A program made the translations under genes and the position numbers. Below are positions 39,149-51,555 of a DNA stretch of 64,000 bases, piece by piece. Every line of letters starts with the position of its first letter. Position 1 is the first letter of the stretch. Origin of the DNA: Octopus sinensis (Eukaryota); NCBI RefSeq assembly GCF_006345805.1, contig NC_043011.1, forward strand, positions 22,022,464 through 22,086,463, given 5' to 3'. A model generated the notes under the pieces. That model saw only the letters and a program-made list of their open reading frames with translations. It ran no database searches and was not told the DNA's origin.

Positions 39149-39866
39149 GTAAGTGACTTAACTTTTCCTATAATTTTATTTTAAATATTTTCAGAAATCG
39201 ATTTTGAGTCAACTGAAGCACAACAATTTCTGGCTCAACACAAGGTCAAATTCACATCCCATATGAATGTGAGACATACATGTTATCGTGCAGGTATATA
39301 TTGAAATGTTGATTTTTATCATAAGAAGAAAGAAATACAAGGCACAACTTGGTTGTGGACTGATGGATTTAATCCTTTGGCATTCAGATTACTCTGTCAA
39401 ACATAATACTTATTTATCCACAAAGTTTGCACATAATTATGGCATTATATTGTAGCTTTGAGATTCCAATGACATGATTGTTTATTTTCAGAATGACTTT
39501 GTAGGATAGGTATGAAAGGCCATATCTGGCCAGTTAGCACAAAAAACAAGTGGAATATTTGGGCTATATATGCTGGTTTAAATGCTAAAGGTTTAAACTG
39601 ATAATCAGTAAAGCCTTATTTGCCTGATGAGTCTGTGTGCACTTGCATATATATAATGTGTGTTTGTGAATTCCTTCTGTGTCTGAACATTGTGTGCTTA
39701 AAGCATAATAAATATCACCAGATGCACTATAGATGGAGTATGTACCAGAGCAGTCATAACTGAGAAAGAGAAAGAGAGTACACACCCACTCTTATTCAAA
39801 TAACCAATTATTAAGCTTTGCTTTTTCACCATTTGGTCAATAAACTAGAATGCCATAATTCCAACA

Positions 39867-39906
<40 letters not shown>

Positions 39907-40077
39907 ATTACTTCAATGCCTGAAGCATAGCACAGTGCCCCTGTTCAGACAGTGTTGATTTGATGGAAGGAATGAGCTAACATGCAGCACATACATTTGA
40001 TCACTATAAGCAAATCATTTGTACAGATCCTTCAGCAAAAAAGCTGAACACTCACACACTGTCTTTGACGTGAGATT

Positions 40078-40109
<32 letters not shown>

Positions 40110-40478
40110 CCTTTTTTTCTAAAAAGGATGCTTGCTACAGTTTGAAAATCCCTAATGTAATACATGTTGGCTTGATAAAGTTCATCCTCGTTAAACTGAA
40201 GGGTTCAGAATCCAGTACTTAGAAAACATTCATGTAGTATATACTACTTTATCTCCATGCAACTGTGAACAGTGCATTCTCACTATACCTACATAGAATG
40301 TATGCTGTACTTGTGCTGACAGTTCAGTTGTTGATACTTCAATTGATAGGTTGGCACTCAATATATTTGACCAGCCAAAATTCCTCAATTTTATTTTCCA
40401 TTGGAAAATTAAAGTACAATTTTGATAAATGTTGAACAGACAAAAAAGTCTTTAGAATTTTTTTTCTTCATTCTCTAG

Positions 40479-40586
40479 ATTCCTGAATATCAAGGCTCTG
40501 AATGGATTGGGTCTCGTACTCTTGAAATGAATATACCTGAATTATCCCAGTGGACATTCAAATCTTCTAACAGTGATTTGGTTATG
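40479..40586 (+). CDS. VPS13: VPS13 exon x (IPEYQGSEWIG...DLVM)
   Basis: ctctag acceptor, GTAAGT donor, phase 0/0. Confidence 0.88.
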
Positions 40587-41305
40587 GTAAGTCTCTTAAC
40601 AAAGCCTTTATATAAATATATACATATATATCTTATATTCTCACACACACACATATTTATATATAATCATCATCATAGCCATTTAATGGCACCTTTTCCA
40701 TGCTTGCATGGCCTGGACAGAGTTTATTCAAGACAAATTTTCTATGCCTAGGTGCCATTCCTGACACCGACCATCAAAATGCCTAATGCTTTTTTTTTAT
40801 TATTATACTGTCACTTCTTAATTTGACATAAATCATATTTTGACTCCCACAGACTCAACAGCGATTAGAAGAAAGTTTAGAGAATTAACAGAATTAACAG
40901 ATGCTGCTGTCAAGAATGCAGGATGAACAAACTATGCTCTAGCTAGTTAATATTATAAGCACTTGATGGTAAAGGCCTAAGCATGATTAGCAATATGTTG
41001 ATGGAGGCCTGAAGTTGTCCAAACACATGTTGTTGAAGACCTAAACTTGGCTGGGCACAATTTAATGATGGCTTTAACCTGGCAGGTTACATGTTTTATC
41101 AAAGCTTCTACATGTTGCCTCCTAAATAAATATTAGGAAAAGTAATTAAAGGGACACCCTGATTAAATCTTAAATAAAAAAGGAAAAGCATTTTATTTCA
41201 GATTATGATTAATATACATATATATTTTTAATATATATACATTTGTCTGTTATATTCACCTTATGCTGGAATTTCAGGCTTCTTATTCTTTAAATCCTAT
41301 TGCAG

Positions 41306-41407
41306 GACATGGGTTTGCATAACAAAACTGGCAGTGGCAGCCTTGCAATGACATTCTACAGCCCTTATTGGATGATAAATAAAACTGGACAGGATCTATT
41401 CTACAAA
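41306..41407 (+). CDS. VPS13: VPS13 exon y (DMGLH...FYSPYWMINKTGQDLFYK)
   Basis: tgcag acceptor, GTAAGT donor, phase 0/0; VAB repeat motif. Confidence 0.93.
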
Positions 41408-43171
41408 GTAAGTACTTGCAAAATGGAATTTTTTTATCCAATACTTCTGCTCCAACTAACATTAATAAGGAGCTGTCTTCATTTAGATTCATTTAAAAAG
41501 TATTTGCTAAACTGATCTAACTACTGGGACTCAAAATAATGTGGTTATTGCAGATTACTGAAATTATTATATGAAAAGCAAATTCATTATTGTTATCTAA
41601 GAAGCCATGGCTTCAATTAGTCTCTAGTTAAGGTTCCTGCTATCTTTAATGGTTAAGTTGTTATTCATTAATTGCTGAAAAGGCAAATGTTGTTATAATT
41701 TAAATACTCTCTCTCTCTCTCCCCTTAAAGTAAATAAGGTATTCAAACATGTAAATATGGCCCCTAAATTTAACTCAAGAATATATATTAGTAACAATGC
41801 AAACAGAAATGGGAAAGATGAAGTTAATTTAATTGTTGAAAAACTTTCTAACTTGTTTAACAATACTGACACTTCAAAAATTAAATAAATTGTTTTACTG
41901 TGACTTAGAAGAAGAAAAGTCAATATTTGCCAACACAGATGATCATTAGTTGTCTTGGATCCTTCTGTTTTACTTCTTTGTCTAACAATAATTCACCTGA
42001 ACAGTCTAAGATAAGTAATTTCTTTAAGTCATTCAGTATCCATTTGGAGTTTGAATGGATGAACATATTTATTTCCATCTGTTCTGGATATCAGCCAAGT
42101 TCCTTTTTCAGCAATTACCAAAAATAACACTGTTTTGTAGGTATCTGAGATAAACCTTTCCAGTTGCTGTTTTGTTGGTGATAAATTCCAAGATCCTCAA
42201 TCATTGGTATGATACAGTCTATCCTTGTGTGTCTGTGTGAGGGTGTAGCTTTGGTGTAGTTATGTTGGTTTAAATGTTCACCTTGCTGTTGTCTGCAGAT
42301 CTACACATTTCTGTAGCATGTATCTATATAGTTATCCACTGTGGTGTAGATGGAAGACTGAGACAAACTGGTATTTGGTGCTTAATATTAACTTATCAAT
42401 TTTAAAGTCTAAGAATTATTCTGCTATAATAAATTTACTGTAATCATTCGATAAAATTTGGTTGTTTTTTATATTTCTATTTTAAGTTCTAGAAAGCTTT
42501 AGAAATGTTCAGGATACATATTCAGTGTACCTCTAACGGGGTCATCCCATTTAGAACTGATTAGACAGATTAACGACCATTTTCATTAACAAGAAGACAA
42601 AATAGACTTTATATCATATCGCACATTTAATACATCATATATTGTGATTCCACTTCAAATTTTTGAGTGCTTCACGAATTTTGTACTTTATATATATATA
42701 TCTTTTATCTTTTACTAGTTTCAGTCATTAGACTCAGCCATACTGGGACGCTGCCTTGGACAAATTGACTTTTAGTCAAATGAATCAACCCTAGTGCTTA
42801 CATTTTTTGTTAAGCGTGATACTTATACTATTGGTATCTTTTGCTAAACCACTAAGATATGGGGGATGTAAACACACCAACACCAGTTGTCAAGCACTGG
42901 TAGAGGACAAACACAGCCACAAAGACACACACACACATACAATGGGCTTCTTTCCGTTTCTGTCTACCAAATTCACTCAAAAGGCCTTGATCAACCCATG
43001 GCTGTAGTAGAAAACACTTGCCGAAGGTGTCACACAGTAGAGCTGAAACCAGAACCATGTGGTTGGAAAGCAAGCTTCTTCCACAATATGTATATTGTAC
43101 TGTTCCATTATTGGTAGGATCTATATAAAAAGTACTTCAGTCAGTGAAAGATACTTGTTTATTATACACAT

Positions 43172-43336
43172 GATTTAGATGTGAGCTACTATAAATTTCA
43201 TGCCTCTGATAATGCAGCTGTCAGATGAGCTTGCATAGTATGGCATGTATTATTAGGCAATCATCACCCAATAATACACAGCATGTCCAACTATTGTATT
43301 ATCAGAGGCATGAAACTAGTAGCTTATATTTAAATC
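43172..43336. repeat. diverged fold-back inverted repeat
   Basis: gagctact..tttcatgcctctgataat / attatcagaggcatgaaa..agtagctt. Confidence 0.8.
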
Positions 43337-45550
43337 CTGCATATATTAAATGTTGTATGTGTGTGTGTTTGTGTGGATATAAGATTTTTAAAAATTCTGT
43401 ATGCTCAATAGTATTTCAATTACATTTTGAATAAACAATTTGTTCAATACAAATAAATTCTACAGTCGGTACAGGTGTTATATGTGTTTAGGTGCTACAT
43501 TTTACTCTATATGCTTTGATTCACCTGTCTGTTAAAAATAAATCCAACATAATCTGGAAGTGTTAGAAATAGTCCAACTTTCCATTCAGATGGAGTTTCT
43601 GATCCACATTACATCAAGTAAATGGAGTTTAGCACCTAGTGATAAAAGCTCTTTCATCTACATTTAAAACTAATTCAGCTCGAGTCTGGTCCTCATATTG
43701 TTACCATCATATATTTCATCATAACTTCTTGATTGCCACAGGCTTCAAATAAACTTAAAGGTTATTAGACCACAAGTCTATAATTTAGGGAAGATTTTAG
43801 CATTTGGATATAAGATTTCATTTAGCTCTTTGAGGTTTAAACTTTTGACAAACTAGCTAGTCCTTGGGCTATCTAAGATCAACAAAGCAATGCAAGCTGG
43901 ATATCATCAAAAGGAACTGCTAAGAAAAAAAATAGGTAATGTTGAAGCAACAAAACCATCTTAGCTTCTAACATGTAACAACTTCTATCAAGGTCCTGAC
44001 TGTTGTTTTCAAAATTTTGAAGAAAATTATATGTAAATGAACAGCATTTTTTTCTAATTTACCATGGATTTGTGACATTTTTTTCTTCTTACTAATCAAA
44101 TGCATTTTAATTACCATCTGAAATTCTATTTCAGTAATGTTTAAATATTTGAAACTGTTATACCAATATATAGGCCAACAGCTGAGATTTTAAGTGTTCA
44201 GCTTTTTTTGTATCCAGTTTTATTCATTGTTGATATGGGTTATACATTCTCTCTGTATCCTTTATCAATTCTTAGCTTATATCTATTTGAATTATTCATT
44301 TGTATTTCATTGACCAACAAAATTTCTTTACCTAATATATCCTATTTACTCTCATCACATACCCATACCAGTGTTTTTTTCTGTGCTTCTAGTACATCAC
44401 ACTATACATCCTATTTCACATTCCATGTCCTGCTCATTCTTGTTCATCCTACATAACTCTTCCCCTTTACTACCTTGTTTATTGTCATAAAGCATGACAT
44501 GCCTAGTATTTGCATTATAAAACCTCCATTTCGCATGACAATAGATTCCCTTTGTCAACAGTAAAAACAGCAGCTCTCCAAACTTCAATCATGATATAAA
44601 GCTAATTCCTAAGAATGTTCTTTTTGACCATAAATTTCAGGGAGAATTAATAGAAAGCAAAAATGTCTAGCAAGCATCTGATTTAGACTAATTAACATTA
44701 GGTCATTAAATTTCACTCTTCTAATTATTTTCATATGAACTGTAACAAAGAAGTGTTACTACTCAATATTTAAGAAATAAGTATATAGTAATTATTGTTG
44801 TTGAAATAAGTGTATAGTAATCATATTAAAAGATCTTTTACAAGTCACATAGATTTTTCTTGTAAAACAGAAACAATGACTTGAGGAATCCTTAAGGTGA
44901 AAATAAAAAATAATCTTAACCTGTTGATGTAGATTATCTAATTTATCATATATGAAGGCTCATGCCTTTTAAACAGCTTTGCTATTGCTCCTTTGATTCT
45001 CTGCTACTTACTGATACTTCATTACTTTACTGTTTTTCATCAGATTCTCATTTGGACTGTAGAATTTCTTTTATGTCTTCCCTTTCTTTGTTGAAGTTGT
45101 TGTTTTTGCTTTCATTATTGTCTGTATCTACATGTTTCATGGAAATTATGTCTTGTTTAAGATATAATTTATCTCTATTTCTGTGTTTTGGTTGATTGTT
45201 AATCAATTTTTGTCAGTCTTTGTATTTTGTTATGTAAAGATTGGGTCCACATCCTCTTAGATGCTCTGGTATCATCTACCTGTAGCACATCTTTGTTCTT
45301 ATGTTTGAAATAAGCTATATTATAATTAATGTTCTTGAGGGTTTGTTACTAACTTCTGATGAGATCTTACCCTCAAAGAATATATATATATGTATATATA
45401 GAGGTTATGAGAGGTAATGGTGTCAATAAGACCCAAAGGTGTCAGGTAATGCTGAGTAAGTGCTATGGACAGACCACAGTTACACTCCAGGTTCAGTGAT
45501 TATGCGAATAAGGAGTCCAACGTTGGTCATATATCAGCATGTGTATATAT

Positions 45551-46166
45551 AATTTTTTTTTTTCAGAATGAGATAAAAAAACCAAGGCTGTGAAGATTTC
45601 AGAACATTTATAAATAAAAGGTCTTACAACTGTTTCCGGGATATTTTTTATAGCTCTTCATCTGAGACAATTTGAGAAAATGGTTAAGCAATACTTAATT
45701 TAGATAAGATATGAAATAGAGAGTGAAGTGGAGGAATGAAAATAGATATGCGATATGCAGGTGTATTGCCTTTGTAGATCCATTATTTATTTGTACACAG
45801 TGCTATTGAATCAAGGGTTTATTTAAATAAATCCTCGATTCAATAGCACTGTGTACAAACTGTTTACTTGGAATGACCAATTTTAAATACTATTGGAATT
45901 TACTCACAAGTTATTGGAATCTTATATGTATACTATTCTACCTAAATAATGGATCTACAAATGCAATCTCACATCTATTTTCATTCCTCCACTTCACTCT
46001 TTATTTCATACCTCATCTAAATTAACTATTGCTTAACCATTTTCTCACACCATCTCCGATGAAGGGATATAAAAAATATCCCGGAAATAGCTGTAAAGCC
46101 TTCTATTTATAAATGTTCTAAAATCTTCACAGCCTTGGTTTTTTATCTTATTCTGAAAAAAAAATT
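45551..46166. mobile_element. large fold-back element (Penelope-like terminal repeats) with hammerhead-like motif on each arm and an internal 70-bp palindrome (45790-45859)
   Basis: ~230-bp arms ttcagaatgagataaaaaaccaaggctgtgaag... / ...cttcacagccttggttttttatcttattctgaa. Confidence 0.8.
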
Positions 46167-46201
46167 TGTGTGTGTGTAATATGTTTTGAATGTTTTTTTA
46201 T

Positions 46202-46438
46202 GCCAAACTATGCAAGTTATAAGAAATGAATCAAGTCAATAGTTCATACTTTTACCCTGTTTTTGAGTATTTCAGGTTTAGGGCCCTTTCTTCAGGAAAT
46301 CTTCAAAGAAGCCTGCTCACAACACTATTTCTCCAAAGATTTCCTGGAGAAGGGGTCTCAATCCTGAAATACTGAAAAGCAGGGTAAAAGTACAAACTAT
46401 TAACTTGATTTATTTCTTATAACTCACATTGTTTTGGC
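46202..46438. repeat. diverged fold-back inverted repeat with CTGAAGA...GAAA core
   Basis: gttataagaaatgaatcaag / cttgatttatttcttataac; left arm minus strand ctgaagaaagggccctaaacctgaaa. Confidence 0.85.
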
Positions 46439-46608
46439 TTCAAGAAAAAAATTAAAAACACTTATCTGTATCAGACAATACTAGTTTCTGTATATATATA
46501 TATATATATATATATTAAAATCATAGGGTAGCAAGAAAATTCATCGAAAAATTCTTAGTTACCAGTGGTCTAGCGAGAAAGAAAAAATTAGCCTATAGAC
46601 TATATATT

Positions 46609-46892
46609 ATTCAGAGAAGAATACAGTGTACATTCAAACACAAAAGAGATACCTGAAGAATAGGATATCTGACTCGCTAGAAAGAGCAGTTAAAACTCCA
46701 AGCCACCAATTGTTGTAATTCTGAAAGTGATTGAAAAATAAAAACGTTTACCTTAAACGTTTTTATTTTTCAATCACTTTCAGAATTACAACAATTGGTG
46801 GCTTGGAGTTTTAACTGCTCTTTCTAGCGAGTCAGATATCCTATTCTTCAGGTATCTCTTTTGTGTTTGAATGTACACTATATTCTTCTCTG

Positions 46893-46895
<3 letters not shown>
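46609..46895. repeat. 287-bp near-perfect palindrome, 3-nt loop
   Basis: aaaacgttta-cct-taaacgtttt centre at 46752; one visible arm mismatch. Confidence 0.97.
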
Positions 46896-46940
<45 letters not shown>

Positions 46941-47652
46941 TACTCAACCATTACATAATAGAAGCAAACTATTTCCTCAGTCATTTAACTATGTTGAGTC
47001 ACAATATCACCTCTCATCATCACTGAGTGATGTTTGTAACTACTTGACAGAAAACTATCATGGTGTCATGGTGTCAAAATGAGAATTAGCAAGAAAGGGA
47101 AAATCTTATCCTTGAAATGGAAGTATTTCATGTAGTATGAATAATTATTTGAAAGCTTCTCTAAATGATTGAACAGATTAGATGAAAGCAAAATCAGAAA
47201 TATAAATTTTTGTCCCGAAATTTTTCTTTAAAATTGTTGCTTGATCCTTTTTTTTTTTATGCAAAGTCATTCATCATTTTTTTTTTTTTTCATTTTATCT
47301 CATTTATCTACCATAATGACTGTAATACTTTGAAAATGTCTTTTGCTGATTTGCTTTAAAACACTCACTGCTCATCCACTCTCAGTACAGTTATTTACAT
47401 TTTAGAGTAGAAGTCTTGAATCTACGTTTAGCATATTTCAGTTTTTATGTTTTAAATAAGCTATATCATCATTAATACACTTAAAGGTTTGTTAGTAACT
47501 TCTGAGATCTTTGAAATATTGCTAAAATTGAATTTGTTGTGAAATCCTGGCAGTAAAATAATTATACTTCAATTTGAATTTTTTTTTTAAAGAATTTCCT
47601 TTTATACAATCATTCTAATAATTTCCTTTCTTTCTCTTTATTCTCTATTCAG

Positions 47653-47736
47653 TCTACAGAAAGTACTGATGTAATAAAACATCCTTCAGATTTGAGAGAT
47701 GCTATACTTTTTTCTTTTAAATCCAAATCTAAGAAG
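47653..47736 (+). CDS. VPS13: VPS13 exon z (STESTDVIKHPSDLRDAILFSFKSKSKK)
   Basis: long pyrimidine tract + cag, AAG|GTAAGG donor, phase 0/0; resembles vertebrate HP..FRD.ILFSFK. Confidence 0.9.
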
Positions 47737-48317
47737 GTAAGGCATATTTCAAACCTATATATTTTTTTATTGCCTGTTTTCAAAAAATGAAATTCATATT
47801 AGACATGCTATGCTAATTTGCTAACAATACTTGTTTCTTTACCTTAATACAGATGTGGATTGAACAAAACTGTTCATTAAATTTGTAGAGAATGATTCCA
47901 ATTAAAAACAAACTTTCAAGTTTTGTTTTAACTTCCAAGTTTTCATTATAGTGGTGTATTCACTTATATCTGCAAAAATTCAGTCTGATAAATATATAAA
48001 GCTTAGATAATACCTGGTTATTTGTGCAAAGATATATACATATATATCATTGCTATTATGTTAAACTGTCATATGTCCAAATTTGGCCAAATGCATTTCT
48101 TTTTAAATATTTATTTTTGCTTGCAATAGCTGGTCCTTTTGATCAAACTATCGTGTTTCCAGCTGCTTCAGATGCCAAGATATCAAAAGTTGTCAAAGTG
48201 TAGTACAACAGTTTTGCTATGGAATGGTGAAACTATTTTTTTCTTTCTCTGAAAAAGCAACATCTTGGACTTACGACACTTTTGCATAATAGTAACGATA
48301 TATATATATATATATAT

Positions 48318-48351
<34 letters not shown>

Positions 48352-48926
48352 CACACACACACACACACAGATATTATATTAGTTAGTGATATTTTTCTTG
48401 GTGTAAATCCCTTGCTTTTATTTAGCAGACTTGCAGGTAATTTTTTTTATAAAATGTGTACTAATTTAGCTGTCTGTTCAGATAAGTTGGTTGGCATGTA
48501 ATCATTCTGTAGTTGGGTAAGTTGTTCTCTAGATGTTGCACTTACAGCAGATAGTCAAGAATTATATTATATAATAACGTCTTGTTTTACAGTGGCTGAG
48601 AAGAAAATGCAAAATTTCATTTTGCAATTTCCTTTGCCATCAGCATTCAGATTCTAAGTGTCCAGTTTTCAAGAACTTGAACTTTAAAGTTGAATCATAT
48701 AAAAAAAATTAATTTTTTTCCTTCTTTTTCAATTCAAATAAAAATGAAAAAATTCTTGGCTATAGCTCTATGAAGTAACTGTGTGTATTGTGTAATAATT
48801 TAGTTTGATTGTTGATCTGTTTGTATATGTTTTCTTGTTATTGAAAACGTCTTAGTCAAAAGCTTGGACAATTTCTTTGGTGTTAGTTTTGTTTCCATTT
48901 TTGTTGACCCTCCCTTTACTTAATAG

Positions 48927-48935
48927 TTCATGGAA
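48927..48935 (+). CDS. VPS13: candidate 9-nt VPS13 microexon (FME)
   Basis: ccctccctttacttaatag|TTCATGGAA|gtaagt; phase 0/0. Confidence 0.4.
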
Positions 48936-49212
48936 GTAAGTAGATTTGTTTCAGTATGTAAAGAACATCGAATCTCATTTCACATTGTTAGATGAGAACA
49001 CAATTACTGACCAAAAGAATTGAGTTTTTAATTTTTGTTTCAGGTTGGCTGATATGTAACCAGTCGATCAACTCATTTATTTGGATTATTTTTTCTTTAA
49101 TTTATTGTCCAAGTTGTCATTAATGTAATAACTTAACACTGTGTTTATTTTATTTTATTTTATTTTCTGTTATTTCACTTTATTTCTAAATCACTCCTAA
49201 CTGTGTACCTAG

Positions 49213-49320
49213 GTACACAAGGAAAAAGAAGGAAAAGGTTGGGATAAAGGGGACGAGAAAGAGAAAAAAGAGAAGGACAAAAAAAATCCCAAAGTGAAGG
49301 AGTGGCGCCAACATGGTAAA
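49213..49320 (+). CDS. VPS13: candidate 108-nt VPS13 cassette exon (VHKEKEGKGWDKGDEKEKKEKDKKNPKVKEWRQHGK)
   Basis: pyrimidine tract ...gtacctag acceptor, AAA|GTAAGT donor, phase 0/0, open frame, purine-rich island in AT-rich intron. Confidence 0.65.
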
Positions 49321-51346
49321 GTAAGTGCCAGTTTGATGATGTTGTTCCTAGACTGCTGACCTTTGGTTGATACAGCAACTGAGTATTGTCCCCTTGTTCG
49401 CTAACTCACAATTTGTTTCATTCTGTTCTACTGATCACTGCCAATTCTGATGTCAGCAGCTTTGAGATTGATTGGTTTTATCTCTAAGCAATGAGGTGTA
49501 TCAGCAAGGTTTTGTATGGGATCTAAACAATCATATCTTCAAACTAAAAATCTAACTAAATCTGAGAAGTCACTGTCTAAATACAATTTGTAATTCTGGA
49601 ATATGTTGGTGAAAATATTTCCTATAATCAATGTTTTGTTTTTGTTTTGTACTTTTTTTTAACTATATAGTAGTTTTTAAAACACTTAAATACTGATAAT
49701 AAAAATATTGGACTGCATCCAAATGAAGCATAGCATAGAATGAGTGCTGAAAGAGTTGCAGATTTCGTAATCCTTAGTCTAGGTATGAATTGATACAAAC
49801 TTTTGGAGAATTAGATATTATATTTGACTGGAAATTCAACTGCCCTAATGATTGGAAGTGTGACTTCATAATAGAGGATGGAGGGATTTTTGTCCTACAA
49901 AGGAATGGAGATTACAAACAGAATTAGTAGTGTAAAACAAAAAACCAAATTACCTTCACTTTCTTCAAATATCTTTCTAATTTGTCACAATTTGTTTTCC
50001 AACAATATTTTTTTTTCTTAACTGCCTTAACCACATCCTTGAGGAAAGCATTCCTTTATTCTTTCAAACAAATGGAGGGATTTGAGTACTTAATGAGTAG
50101 CAGGACATAAATTCATTGCCAACAAAACTACTGTAGTCTCTCCATGTTTTCAAAATTTATCTAGATAAATTAGAATGTGTTATAGAATATTTATCCTATC
50201 ATTAGTTTAGAAAGAGGTATATTGTTGATCAAACTGAACTTGTTTCTTAAGAAATTTTTATTGATTATTCTACTTGATAGACATATCTTCCACCACTTCT
50301 AATCCATCATGTATACATGTCCATAAAAGTATATTGAATAGAAAATAGCAATGATTATCAATCTATTCAATACAAATGGAACTGCTCTTCTTTTTATAGT
50401 AATCTGCTATTTGTTAAAGTTTAAAGAGTAACTATTATTTCTATTAAGTAAAAAACATTGTAATTATTTATAATCGTGTTATCTATAACTTCTCATACTA
50501 AATAATCATTTCGAATTTTGGTGTAAGATCAGCAATTTTAGGGGGACGAGGTTAGTTGATTACATCAACCCCAGTATTTAACTGGTACTTTATCTTATCG
50601 ACTCTGGAGGGATGAAAGACAAAGTCAACCTCAGTGGAATTTAAATTCAAAACATGGAAAGCCAGAAGAAATGCTACTAAGCATTTTGTCTGACACATTA
50701 ACAATTCTTCCAGCTCACTGCTTTTCTCATAGTATGTAGTAAAAGCAATAACAGCAGAATCCAAACTGTGTGTACATCATTTAAGTCAAGGCCAATGTGG
50801 TAACTTGGGCTTTTGGTATGATACTCCTCCTGGTATAGCTAATGTCTTTCCTCAGCATCTCCACATATATTATCTACCAAGCACATGTGGCATTACTATG
50901 TATAAACTTCCAGAGGATAAACCTTGAAGCAATGACATGGTGGCATAATCTGTGGACAGTGAACCTCAGTCTCTCCTTTGTCAAATCTTTGTGGTTACCT
51001 ATGGTAGACCAGTACAAAGGTCAACATTGGTCATGTTTCTCATCCATGAGATAGATGCCCAGAGCCATATGATGCAAGATTCTGGTGTAGCACTCATCCA
51101 GCAAGTTCTCCTTGGCAATGTAAATTTTTAAACTTAGTTTTAAAAATATGAACTGAAGAAAATTAACACACAAAGCTAATCAGGTTTTATATATAAAGCA
51201 AACTAACTTCAAGTTAACAAAGTAATGTTGATAAAATTTGCAGCCCAACACCCGCAAAGTCTTTTATCTAAAAAGAAAGATTTATGTTGGTTTAGTTCAT
51301 GAAAAAAGTTCCGTTTTATTATCTTTCCTTGACAAATAAAAAATTA

Positions 51347-51555
51347 AACAATGCTTGCTTTAGAATGTAGGAGAGAAAATTTTAACTTGAATTTAATTAC
51401 ATACTTTTAGTGATTGAAGTTCATTTGACTGTAGAAAGTATCTATTTGATCAGCATTAACAATGCTTGCTTTAGAATATAGGAAAGAAAATTTTAACTTG
51501 AATTTAAAAACATGTTTTTAGTCATTGAGGTTTCTCAGATTCTAGAAAGTATATA
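51347..51555 (+). repeat. ~110-bp tandem duplication
   Basis: aacaatgcttgctttagaat..aaaattttaacttgaattta x2. Confidence 0.85.

Noticed and set aside
48426-48436. 8/11-nt exon candidate tttag|CAGACTTGCAG|gtaatt
   Set aside because: Frameshifting alone; would need a phase 2/0 partner such as 61412-61421, which is too speculative.
48546-48595. Minus-strand exon-like segment with good splice sites
   Set aside because: Stops in all three frames and AT-rich; kept only as possible support for an antisense lncRNA.
49044-49055. 12-nt exon candidate tttcag|GTTGGCTGATAT|gtaacc
   Set aside because: In-frame TGA and a weak donor; a poison or terminal exon cannot be supported without reads.
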